Assembly (NCBI GenBank): GCA_019058365.1
Contig: JAHPZE010000009.1
Coordinates: 1 to 64,000, forward strand
Direction of reading: 5' to 3'
Source: Promethearchaeota archaeon
GTDB lineage: Archaea; Asgardarchaeota; Lokiarchaeia; Sigyniarchaeales; SOKP01
Length of the DNA stretch: 64,000 bases
The notes below the pieces were generated by a model. It was not told the DNA's origin and made no database searches. It worked only from the letters and a program-made list of their open reading frames with translations. Made by a program: the position numbers and the translations under genes. This document shows positions 1-9,187 of this stretch, piece after piece (position 1 is the stretch's first letter; every line of letters starts with the position of its first letter).

Positions 1-81
1 TCGGAATAAAAAAAATAAAAAATTAAAGATAAATAAATACTTCATTAGATACTGTTGATAAAAATAAAAAAATTAGGAGTT

Positions 82-807
82 TTATTTCTCTAATTGTCGT
101 CCTACACCGATATACATCATATAACCCCCGATGAGCGCTAAAATTACACCAATTGGACCGATTAAAAGCCTAACTGTTGGGTTGTTTAAGAAATTTGAAA
201 AGAATATCGTGTACATGAATATCATTACCGCGATAACACCGAATATAAAGAATTTCCATTTCTTTTTTAGTTGTTCATCTTCAAATTTCTTATAAACTTG
301 AAAAGATAAGTACAATAAAGGTATAATTGTGAATATAGTTACACCTAAGAATACATAGAGAAAGAAAGGTAGATGCCATACGGGTGACCAATTTGTAGAA
401 GCATTAAGTTCAACACCCCATCCTGGAGTTATTACAAAAAAGATCATACAAAACATATAAATTCCATATCCAATAAATATGATATACTGTTTTGTTGGAG
501 TGATTACTTTTTCTGATTTCAGTAGAATTAAGTTAAAGACAATGAAAAATATTGGAGAATAAAAAGCGCCAAAATTTGTAAGATAATTTAAAAAAACTAC
601 AACTTGCTCATTCGCAATAGGCCCATATATAAAATTAAAAATTGTTCCTACTATCACAGATAAATAAAACCCGGCGAAAATCAAATTCAATCTTTTTCTA
701 TCTCGTTTAAGAATAAGATACGCTAAATACGCAAACCAAGCAAAAACGAGACCTTGTACTATGTAAATTGTAACAAATCGAGTTGGAGATAGTTGATACA
801 ATACCAT
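82..807 (-). CDS. Stand-alone ~7-TM membrane protein (HisKA_7TM-like, expanded paralog family)
   Basis: 241 aa with about 7 hydrophobic segments. Shares RF..IYIVQGL, W.P.W, K.KWK.F and Y.GVGRQLE with the neighbouring gene. Confidence 0.75.
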   Translation of the reverse strand: MVLYQLSPTRFVTIYIVQGLVFAWFAYLAYLILKRDRKRLNLIFAGFYLSVIVGTIFNFIYGPIANEQVVVFLNYLTNFGAFYSPIFFIVFNLILLKSEKVITPTKQYIIFIGYGIYMFCMIFFVITPGWGVELNASTNWSPVWHLPFFLYVFLGVTIFTIIPLLYLSFQVYKKFEDEQLKKKWKFFIFGVIAVMIFMYTIFFSNFLNNPTVRLLIGPIGVILALIGGYMMYIGVGRQLEK

Positions 808-960
808 ATAAACTCACTATAATGTAGTTATGTTGTTTTGTTATTAAATTTGTTATAGTAATTATTTAGTATTTTTTATTTAATATTATTATCTTTTTCT
901 TATTAAAAAAATCTGTTTACTCAATATTTTTATTTAGATTAATCATAAATAATATGAACA

Positions 961-1654
961 TCACTCAAGTTGACGTCCTACACCATAATATATCAAGTAC
1001 AATGCGATAAGAGTCGGTAATGATATCAACGACCAAATAATCCTAAATGTATCATGGTTCAATGTGTTAGAAATAGATGTTCCATAATAGAGAAAAAAGT
1101 AAGCTGATATACCAATTAAGAAGTATTTCCATTTTCTTTTTAAATATTCACTTTCGAGCTTAATATATATCTTAAAGGAATAATAAATAGTTGGAAAAAT
1201 TATGAATATAGTACACACTATAACAGAGTAAAGAAAAAAAAAACCAGCTCCAATTAGGTTTCCAATGTGTACTTCCATTTATTATAATTCCATCGGGAAC
1301 AAAGAAAAGACCTAAGATCAATAAACTAGAAATAATAATTATTAAAATCTGTAATTTAAAATTAATCTGTTTAGTTGGTTTTATGAGGATTAGGATAAAA
1401 ATTAGAATAAAAACCATTGAAAAATAAAAGAGATAATAAGTCATGAAATGCATAATAAAAACAATTGTTGGATCAAAAATATTCGTATATATCATATTTA
1501 GGACACCACCAATTGTAACAGAAAGGTAAAAACTACTTAAGTAAAGATTAATCTTTTTTTTTTCCCTTTTTAGTACTAAATATGCCATATAAAGAAAAAA
1601 CAAAGCAAATAGTCCTTGTACTATATAAATTTGAATGAATCTAGCGAAATCCAT
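961..1654 (-). pseudogene. Frameshifted paralog of the 7-TM protein
   Basis: ORF 1172..1654 gives the N-half and ORF 961..1278 the C-half. They join at an A10 run (1234-1243); a 9-base run restores a 230-aa protein colinear with 82..807. Confidence 0.85.
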
Positions 1655-1797
1655 TACTTTATATCCCCTAACTTTATTTAAAGTAAAATAATTAATTTTA
1701 CCTTATTAGAATTTTAAAACTTATGGAATAAATAATTTATCTCAAATTTATATAGATAAATAGTAAAAAATATAATTTTTTTAGTCCTGTGTAAGTT

Positions 1798-1992
1798 CTA
1801 TTTTTCGCGCCACTCCTGACCACATCTCCCACATCGGTATTTTTTCCCAAAAACGCGGGGGTAATCATTTATAATATTCGTTTTATCTGTTGATTCATGA
1901 ATCATATTTTTATTTTCTTCTCCACAACTTGGACATTTCCGGCGTCCTTCATCCCTTTCAATTGTTAATAACCCATTTGATTCTTCTCCCAT
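1798..1992 (-). CDS. Small Zn-ribbon protein (CxxC...CxxC, TFIIS/RPB9-like C-terminus)
   Basis: CPSCG...CGRCGQEWRE, with a GGAG upstream of the ATG. Confidence 0.7.
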   Translation of the reverse strand: MGEESNGLLTIERDEGRRKCPSCGEENKNMIHESTDKTNIINDYPRVFGKKYRCGRCGQEWREK

Positions 1993-2133
1993 TATTCAAC
2001 TCCATTCTTATTATTTTAATCTAATGGCATTTTTAATAATTATATTTAAATTTGTATCTTATTGTTTTTATAACTTTTTGATTTTCTATCTTTTTTGGAG
2101 TAATTTTATATGAATTTTAATTAAATTATAAAA

Positions 2134-2733
2134 TTAACTCATAAGCTTTTTTCCATAATTTTTTGCAGCTTCAAACAATTCTGGACTTGAATATTGAAAT
2201 CTTATCATAAAATCATCAAGAATAGTATTATAAATCTCATGTATATTGCTATCGTTGTTGATTATTTCAAAACAATAGATTAACTTCAGGTCCCTTGTGA
2301 TTCTTTCTAATTGATATCGACTTATTTTAAATTTTTTAGAAGGAGACCCATTAAATATATTTTCAATATCCATTCCAACTAAGATAGATATTCCTTGAAA
2401 TGAAAAAGTTTCATTAAATTCTCCCAACAAACCTTTATTAAGAGTATTAAGTGAAGCAGGTTCGTACAAATTTAGTGTAATAATGATAGTATCAAGTTTT
2501 TGTACTTTTTCAAAATTAAATATTAAATCTTCAAGTGTATCTGCTATGAATATCTTTATCTTAATCGGAATTTGCTTAAAGACAATAAAAAACTCATATT
2601 TATCATCATAAATATTGGATTCTATTGCTGATATTTTAAGACTTTCAAAAAAAATGTCCTTAATAGATTCTTTCTTACCTATGATTCCTATCCTCAAGCT
2701 ATAGCTAATTTTCTTCAAGAAGTCTCTTTCCAA
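2134..2733 (-). CDS. Degenerate Rab-like small-GTPase fold protein
   Basis: The strand order matches Ras-like proteins (LRIGIIG, IKIKIF, IIITLNL, ILVG, YCFEI, NIHEIY), but the GxxxxGKT, DxxG and NKxD motifs are lost. Confidence 0.6.
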   Translation of the reverse strand: MERDFLKKISYSLRIGIIGKKESIKDIFFESLKISAIESNIYDDKYEFFIVFKQIPIKIKIFIADTLEDLIFNFEKVQKLDTIIITLNLYEPASLNTLNKGLLGEFNETFSFQGISILVGMDIENIFNGSPSKKFKISRYQLERITRDLKLIYCFEIINNDSNIHEIYNTILDDFMIRFQYSSPELFEAAKNYGKKLMS

Positions 2734-2835
2734 AAATAATTATTATTGTTCTTAATTTTCTATTATTAATTTATTTTAATAAATCATTTTAGTAGAATCT
2801 TTTTGTTTAAGTGATAACGAAAATCTAATAGTAAT

Positions 2836-3771
2836 TTGATCTTTATGCTGCTGCTATATCTCGAATTAGTCTTAATGGTAATCATTTGGAGTTTTTCTTT
2901 TGTTGTTGTAGATATTGCTGTAGAATTTATTCCACCTTTATCTATCGCATTTTATCGGTTTATTATTGCTTCATTATCATTTGTGATCCTTGATCTTTAT
3001 TTTAAATTCACTAAAAGAAAAGAAAAAAACTCACATAATAAATCATTAGAGAATAATAGATTTACAAAGAATGATTGGGTGCTAATAATACTTGCAAGTT
3101 TTACGGGAATATCATTATTTTTCCTTGCTCAATATTCTGCAATTGAAACTATTGGTCCATCTCTTCCCGCTTTATTTGTTTGTTTAATAACTCCTGTCAT
3201 AATTACTATTTTAGCCTTAATTTTTTTCAAAGAAAAATTGAATACTCTAAAAATAGTAGGTTTTGTAATTGCTTCAATCGGAGGTTTTTTATTAGTTACC
3301 GGGGGGAATATCAATATACTTGCTCCAGATTCTCCAAGTTTTTTAGGTTACTTATTTGCATTAATAACTCCTTTACTATGGGCAGTATATTCTACAGCAA
3401 CAAAAAAGATATCAAAAAGCAATTCAAGCATTACTATGAATAAATATATTGCATATATTGGTACTATTGAATTATTTTTTTTTGTTTTAGTGAATGGTGA
3501 ACTTTTTAATTTCTTTAGGAACTTTTTTAACATTTTCTTATTCCTTTCTGCTTTATATTTAGGACTTGCTTGTTATGTTTTGGGCTATTATATATGGCAA
3601 AATTCACAGAAAATATTAAAATCCTCAAAAGTAGCTTCATTTTTATACATTGAACCGTTCCTTACGCTAATTTTTTCTTTATTACTTCAAAGGAGCGAAA
3701 TAATTGTTTTATGGAATATTATTGGAGGGATAATAGTATTAATAGCTGTTCTAATCATAAATTATAAATAA
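2836..3771 (+). CDS. EamA/DMT family transporter
   Basis: 10 TM with PLSIAFYRF, FFKEKL and FLYIEP motifs. Confidence 0.9.
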   Translation: MIFMLLLYLELVLMVIIWSFSFVVVDIAVEFIPPLSIAFYRFIIASLSFVILDLYFKFTKRKEKNSHNKSLENNRFTKNDWVLIILASFTGISLFFLAQYSAIETIGPSLPALFVCLITPVIITILALIFFKEKLNTLKIVGFVIASIGGFLLVTGGNINILAPDSPSFLGYLFALITPLLWAVYSTATKKISKSNSSITMNKYIAYIGTIELFFFVLVNGELFNFFRNFFNIFLFLSALYLGLACYVLGYYIWQNSQKILKSSKVASFLYIEPFLTLIFSLLLQRSEIIVLWNIIGGIIVLIAVLIINYK

Positions 3772-3790
3772 AAAAAGGTTATAGATTGAT

Positions 3791-4537
3791 TTATTCTAAT
3801 TTAAGTAAATGTTTCACCCAACTGGGTAATATAAATCCAATATAATAAAATGTACTAGAAAGCATCATTAACGTTCTGAAAAGTATCAATGTTGCGGATG
3901 ATAATGGAATAAATCCATCTCCAATAGCGCCTATTGCAAACAAATTGAATGATATTATCAAGAATCTGCCTTTCCATTGAATCGCGGGGTTATCTTTTAC
4001 TTTAAGGGAAGCGATAGCAAAATCATTACCTGTTATTGTACTAATAAGTAGAGAGAAAGCAAGAAAACCTAATGCTAATCCCTTATAATCGATGTCAATA
4101 ACACTTTCTTTAATACCAATTAATCCTTCTACTGGAGCCCCTGAAGCAAAGAATAGAAAGTATAATATATAAATATAAAAAACGATTGAAAAGCAAAAAA
4201 CTATCCATGTGACAACATTTTTTTGTTTCTCATGTAAAGCAGGCATATAAATTTGAAGCCATGATAATAAAGCAATAGGAACTGTTACAGTTCCTATTAA
4301 AACGTAGAACGGATAGGCAATTTCCTGGCCAGTAATTATCCAGTATATGTATCCTAACCCACTGGGATACCAAGGAGACATTGTAAAAATAATTGCTAAA
4401 AAGAAATAAAATAAGATTTTTTCCTTCGTTTTAAAATATTTATAGAGAGTAATTCCACCGTATAACCAAGCGATAATAACTGTAAGAAAACCAAAAATAC
4501 CAGATAAATGCAACTCAACAACCGACATAATATTCAC
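3791..4537 (-). CDS. ~7-TM membrane protein, distant relative of 82..807
   Basis: About 7 TM; QWKGRFL before TM6 and YYIGF at the end of TM7. Confidence 0.65.
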   Translation of the reverse strand: MNIMSVVELHLSGIFGFLTVIIAWLYGGITLYKYFKTKEKILFYFFLAIIFTMSPWYPSGLGYIYWIITGQEIAYPFYVLIGTVTVPIALLSWLQIYMPALHEKQKNVVTWIVFCFSIVFYIYILYFLFFASGAPVEGLIGIKESVIDIDYKGLALGFLAFSLLISTITGNDFAIASLKVKDNPAIQWKGRFLIISFNLFAIGAIGDGFIPLSSATLILFRTLMMLSSTFYYIGFILPSWVKHLLKLE

Positions 4538-4725
4538 ATTTATAATTATTAAGATAAGTAATTAATAATAATGTGTTTAATCTCTATTTAATATTTATGT
4601 GTTCTTTCTCTTTTTCTTACATTTCTATTAAATTTTTAATAATAGCTACTGACAAAACATATATACTTAAACATTATAATAGATTTAAAACAAAATCATG
4701 AATTAGATATAAATGGTGAATTATC

Positions 4726-5214
4726 ATAAGTCGAAGGTATTATGCGAAAGGAAAGAAGACATACGCAAAGGATCAAAACTTTACACAAGATCAAGTCGGA
4801 GAAGAAAAAGAGCGTTATTTGATCAGTGTAGATTTAATGAGTTTAAAAACTCTAAAAGATTACGATATAATGGGATGGCGAGGAGAATTTTATTTCAAAG
4901 TGGATGGTCCAAAGGTTTTTAAAGCTCGATTTCCAAATAAGGGTATCATTAAGTTGCAAAAAAATCAAGAATTTACTTCACGGGCTGATATGTCTCTATG
5001 GAGCGAAATTAAAACGGTTCGAACCGGAGAACCTGCCATAGAAAAACTTAATATTATTTTAAGAGAAAAAGATCATTTGAAAAAGGATGAGAAAATTGCA
5101 GAACAAGAATTTGAAATAAAATTACCTTCAAAAACGCAATACGTTATTTTGCAAGATGAGAAAGAAAATACTAAAGCAAAACTACGAATTCAAGCGACTC
5201 GTACGCGATATTAA
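4726..5214 (+). CDS. C2-domain-like protein (probable ATA start at 4726; ORF track starts at 4819)
   Basis: KDYDIMGWRGEFYFKV and LNIILREKDHLKKDEKIAE resemble the C2 Ca-loop motifs. The frame is open back to an ATA that follows GGTGA at 4715-4719. Confidence 0.55.
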   Translation: MSRRYYAKGKKTYAKDQNFTQDQVGEEKERYLISVDLMSLKTLKDYDIMGWRGEFYFKVDGPKVFKARFPNKGIIKLQKNQEFTSRADMSLWSEIKTVRTGEPAIEKLNIILREKDHLKKDEKIAEQEFEIKLPSKTQYVILQDEKENTKAKLRIQATRTRY

Positions 5215-5243
5215 AACTTTTTTTTCTTTTTATTTACTCTATA

Positions 5244-6392
5244 CTATAATTTAAATCTCTCATATTCAGAACTACATGGATGATTATCAGTAACCCAAAA
5301 CTCCTTTTTAGTAGGAAAAATAATTATTGATCCTAAGGTTCCCGCAGCGGGACCATGTGTACAGACTGTGAAATCATCTGGTTCTCTGTTATCATGATCG
5401 CTTAAAATATTTTTAATTGTTTCCATTGTAATTTTACCCTTGTTTAATTTTAACAACTCAATTTCTCTCTGATAACGTCTTATTGGAGATTCAATAGGAT
5501 TTATATCCATATCATCCATTTTGAATCTTACATAATCGGGCAAATTCGCGTCTTTAAGTTCTTCGGTCTGATAATGGTTTGTATGGGCTAAGATACTATC
5601 GATAGGTCGACGAATTGCATGGCGAGTGCTTGTAGTCTCAATCACACATGTGTCTCCTGAAGCATCCATAAATCCATAATGGCATCCATTTGAACGATCA
5701 GTAAAGTTAGTAATAAATTTAACAGCTTCTTGAGTTGTCACACAAGTTTCAAGCATTTCTTGTACGATAAATGTACCTGGAACACCTTTCAATCTGAAAT
5801 CGAGTGGTTCCTGTTTCCAAGAACGACCATAATTATAACCAATTGCTAATCCTTTTTCATTCAACCCCATATGACAACCAGTAAGAGGATATTGCGTAAA
5901 ATTTATATTTTTATAGCCCTCATCTGGAACTTCTTCTCGAACTACTTGAAATGGTTGGAGAACGTTTGGAAAATCATAATTACGCCCAAAAATCATTGAA
6001 TTGTCTGATGTAGCTTCTGGAAGGGCGAATATCATGGAACATGCTTGAACTGGAGGATTTTTATAAAGGGATTTTGGATCTCCTGACATAACTTCAATAA
6101 AGTGAGCTCCATGAAGTATATATTTTTTTATAGAGGCTGCTTTTCCTATTGATATCATTTTCTCATACTGATTTGGAACAAACTGTTGTAAAGATTTCTT
6201 TATATTCTTTTTACCCATGATACCTAAACCAAGCTTAATTATTGAGAGAGGAATTAATTTTGAGGTGACTTCTGAAAACATTTTTGAGTGAAAGACAATA
6301 TCGAACATGTTATGAATTTTATCTTTCAATTGTTCTCCCTGTTGGGTTCCTCTTTCGATAACAGTTCCCTTTAATTTAATGTAATCAACCAT
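5244..6392 (-). CDS. Peptidase C45 / AAT family Ntn-hydrolase
   Basis: A|CS autocleavage site, GRNYD, GLNEKGL and HTNHY. Confidence 0.9.
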   Translation of the reverse strand: MVDYIKLKGTVIERGTQQGEQLKDKIHNMFDIVFHSKMFSEVTSKLIPLSIIKLGLGIMGKKNIKKSLQQFVPNQYEKMISIGKAASIKKYILHGAHFIEVMSGDPKSLYKNPPVQACSMIFALPEATSDNSMIFGRNYDFPNVLQPFQVVREEVPDEGYKNINFTQYPLTGCHMGLNEKGLAIGYNYGRSWKQEPLDFRLKGVPGTFIVQEMLETCVTTQEAVKFITNFTDRSNGCHYGFMDASGDTCVIETTSTRHAIRRPIDSILAHTNHYQTEELKDANLPDYVRFKMDDMDINPIESPIRRYQREIELLKLNKGKITMETIKNILSDHDNREPDDFTVCTHGPAAGTLGSIIIFPTKKEFWVTDNHPCSSEYERFKL

Positions 6393-6558
6393 ATTTACCC
6401 TTCTTTTCTTACGGTTTAAAACTTTTATATAAACGAGGAATTTTAATATATATTATAATTCTTAAAAAGTTTAAAAAAATCTTATTCTTTTAAAAAGTAA
6501 GATTATAATTAAAGGAATCTAACATGATATAGAATTAATTTTGAGGAAATAATTAAAA

Positions 6559-7170
6559 TTGACTGGAAAAACCGACTTTAAAGTTGGAATTGCTACATTA
6601 GAAGATGCTCAAGGGATTATGAATGCTTTTAAGCAAAATTTAATTGAAGCAAGAGATATTGATGAAATCTCTAAAAAGCAAATAGAAGAATTGGAAGAAC
6701 AAGGCTTTTTGCGAAAAGAAGTGAACATAGAATATTATAAAAAACTTATCGAAGATCCTAATATAGAAATTTATGTTGCGAAAAATAGTACTAAAAAAAT
6801 AATTGGTTTTGCGAGTATTCATAGAAAAAAATATAATATAATAAAAGTTCGTGATGTTATTGGTAATCTTTCTTTCGAGAATGAAAGAACCAAAAACTTA
6901 CTTCTTAATGAAGATAAAGAATTCGCATATTTAGACCAAGTGAGTATTTTGCCAGAATATAAACGCAAGGGAGTTGGTACAGCAATTTTTCAAAAATCAT
7001 TAACATTACTAGATACTCCTATTGTTGCTTTTATTGTAGAAAAGCCACTCTTTAATAAAGCTTCTATTTATTGGCATGAGTATAACGGATTTGAATTCTC
7101 TGCGATAAGTGACAGCGAGTATAAAGGTAAAGCGTTTAAATTCCAGATTTTTATACATTGGAATAATTAA
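6559..7170 (+). CDS. GNAT acetyltransferase
   Basis: ILPEYKRKGVGT (motif A) and NKAS...NGF. Confidence 0.85.
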   Translation: MTGKTDFKVGIATLEDAQGIMNAFKQNLIEARDIDEISKKQIEELEEQGFLRKEVNIEYYKKLIEDPNIEIYVAKNSTKKIIGFASIHRKKYNIIKVRDVIGNLSFENERTKNLLLNEDKEFAYLDQVSILPEYKRKGVGTAIFQKSLTLLDTPIVAFIVEKPLFNKASIYWHEYNGFEFSAISDSEYKGKAFKFQIFIHWNN

Positions 7171-7262
7171 TTTTAATTTTCTTATTTTGTTTTAGCTAAG
7201 AGTGTGTATTTTTTATTCACTAAAGATTTTATTAAATTTTGATTCTTTATAAATGATATAGA

Positions 7263-8234
7263 ATGTTCGAAATTGTCTTATCAATTACATTTTTCATTAT
7301 TGGATATCTAATAATATTTTTTGCTGCAGATGTCTTTTTAGATAATTTAAAAGAAGTCTGTATACTATTTGGGATATCCCCTTTTATTATTGGAGCATTA
7401 ATTATTGGCATCGATCCAGAAGAATCGATTGCTTCGATCATTGCTGCTATTAATGGACTTTCCTACCTCGCAATAGGAAATGTTATAGGCAACTCAATAT
7501 TTGCATTGACAATAAGTTTTGCAATTCCCGCCTTTTTTAATAAAATAGATTTTAAAACAATTCCTCAATTTTACTTTATATTATTATACACTTGCCTTTT
7601 TTTAATCCTTTTTGGAATAATTGTTAATTTTGGAATATTTTTTATCGGAATCATCGCTATTTTGATATATTTTGTATATTTGATTAGGAATATAAAACAA
7701 TTCTCTAAAGAAAGTTCTATTGGATATAGCTCAACGGAAAATTATATGAAGAGGGATAAGAACATGCAAGAATTAAAAGCAGAATCTAAAACTAAAAAAA
7801 TAATTTTAATCATTATTAGCTTTATAGCCATTTTTTTGGGGGGAGAATTATTAATTTTTGCTGCAGAACAAATTATAATACAAACTAATATTCCAGAAAC
7901 TTTCTTTGGCCTCGTTATAATGGCATTTATAACAAATGTTGAGGAATTAACCTTAGTTATAAAATCTATAAAAAAAAAGAGCATTGAAATAGGCTTGGGA
8001 GGGATGATAGGAAAAGTAATATGGAATCTAACACTAACTTTTGGAATTAGCGCTATTTTTATTGTGAATTTCCAATTCTTATGGATCTTGTTTTGGAATT
8101 GGTTCTTATTATCAATAATATTAATCTATTTTAATTTTACATCAAAAAAGCAGAGTTTAGTATTCAGAGATGGAATAGCATTGACACTACTTCTAATTTC
8201 ATTTCTAACAGTTAATTTCGCAATAGTACTATAA
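7263..8234 (+). CDS. CaCA family Na+/Ca2+ antiporter (YrbG-like)
   Basis: Two alpha repeats (GIDPEE...GNVIGNS; TNVEEL...GGMIG) and 10 TM. Confidence 0.85.
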   Translation: MFEIVLSITFFIIGYLIIFFAADVFLDNLKEVCILFGISPFIIGALIIGIDPEESIASIIAAINGLSYLAIGNVIGNSIFALTISFAIPAFFNKIDFKTIPQFYFILLYTCLFLILFGIIVNFGIFFIGIIAILIYFVYLIRNIKQFSKESSIGYSSTENYMKRDKNMQELKAESKTKKIILIIISFIAIFLGGELLIFAAEQIIIQTNIPETFFGLVIMAFITNVEELTLVIKSIKKKSIEIGLGGMIGKVIWNLTLTFGISAIFIVNFQFLWILFWNWFLLSIILIYFNFTSKKQSLVFRDGIALTLLLISFLTVNFAIVL

Positions 8235-8269
8235 CCAAAATTGTGTTAAAAATAGAGAAAAAATAAAAT

Positions 8270-8971
8270 TTAATTTTTATTGCGTTCTTCAGATTCAGGT
8301 ACTTCTTTTAAGGATTCAATAATATTTATTATGTCTTCCGCAAGCTCATAGCGTTCAGCTCGATTCTTCTCTCGATTTAATCGTTTTTCTACACGCAAAG
8401 GAGTTCCAATCTTAACTTTTAGACCATCTCCAGTAAACATATTTAATATTTTAGTCTTTTCTGTAGAAATTGCTATTGGAATAATTGGAGCATCTCCCGC
8501 AATTGCGAACTTTATTATTGCAGCCATCGATTTTATCTGTACTTCACGATCATTTTTTGCTTCAGGTGTCATACCTACGAGATCACCTTTCTCATTTAAA
8601 ATTTCAAATACTTTTTCGATTGGTTCAGTATCTTCTTTATTTTCAGTTCCTCGAATCATTCCAAGACTCTTTAAAACTGGACCAGCAATTTGATGCTTCA
8701 TTAATTTTGGATCAAGCATAAAATGAATTTTTCTTCCTGAAACTTGAGCTATTATTAACATATCTCGGATTACATTCGGAGTGATTGTAGTTAAAATCGC
8801 TTTTCCTCTAAAGGGAATGTTTTCTTTCCCTTCAATTTTTAAATCCATGAGGACCTTAAAGAATAAACCGCTTAGTCCTTTTACAGCACCATAAAGCATA
8901 TCAAAAGCAATAATTTTTGGATTTAACTTATCTCCTTCATCCTTTATTTCTGTACTTGTACTTTCACTCAT
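8270..8971 (-). CDS. PlsC-family acyltransferase with degenerate catalytic motif
   Basis: IEGKENIP, TPEA, PIIPIAI and VKIGTP are present. HxxxxD is replaced by PNVIRD. Confidence 0.75.
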   Translation of the reverse strand: MSESTSTEIKDEGDKLNPKIIAFDMLYGAVKGLSGLFFKVLMDLKIEGKENIPFRGKAILTTITPNVIRDMLIIAQVSGRKIHFMLDPKLMKHQIAGPVLKSLGMIRGTENKEDTEPIEKVFEILNEKGDLVGMTPEAKNDREVQIKSMAAIIKFAIAGDAPIIPIAISTEKTKILNMFTGDGLKVKIGTPLRVEKRLNREKNRAERYELAEDIINIIESLKEVPESEERNKN

Positions 8972-8988
8972 TTTTTCATTACCTCTTA

Positions 8989-9183
8989 TTATAATTTATC
9001 TATAAAATCATTAACTTCTTCCATTTTTTTTTCATAATATTTTTTCAAATCATTTTCTGACACAAATGTAGGGATAACTTTTTCTGTATAAAGGTCAAAA
9101 ATCGTGCTTAGTTTAGTTTTATGTTTAATGGTTTCTAGGAATTCTTCTCCTAATTCTCTCAATTGTTTCAGAAATTCTGCCAT
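8989..9183 (-). CDS. Small acidic helical protein (~64 aa) inside the activase operon
   Basis: ATG at 9183 lies just after the activase stop, and the ORF ends 17 bp before the acyltransferase start. Confidence 0.6.
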   Translation of the reverse strand: MAEFLKQLRELGEEFLETIKHKTKLSTIFDLYTEKVIPTFVSENDLKKYYEKKMEEVNDFIDKL

Positions 9184-9187
9184 ATTA

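Noticed and set aside
82-4537. 7-TM proteins as rhodopsins
   Set aside because: No retinal-binding Lys in the last helix.
8989-9183. Small acidic protein as an acyl carrier protein
   Set aside because: No DSL phosphopantetheine motif.
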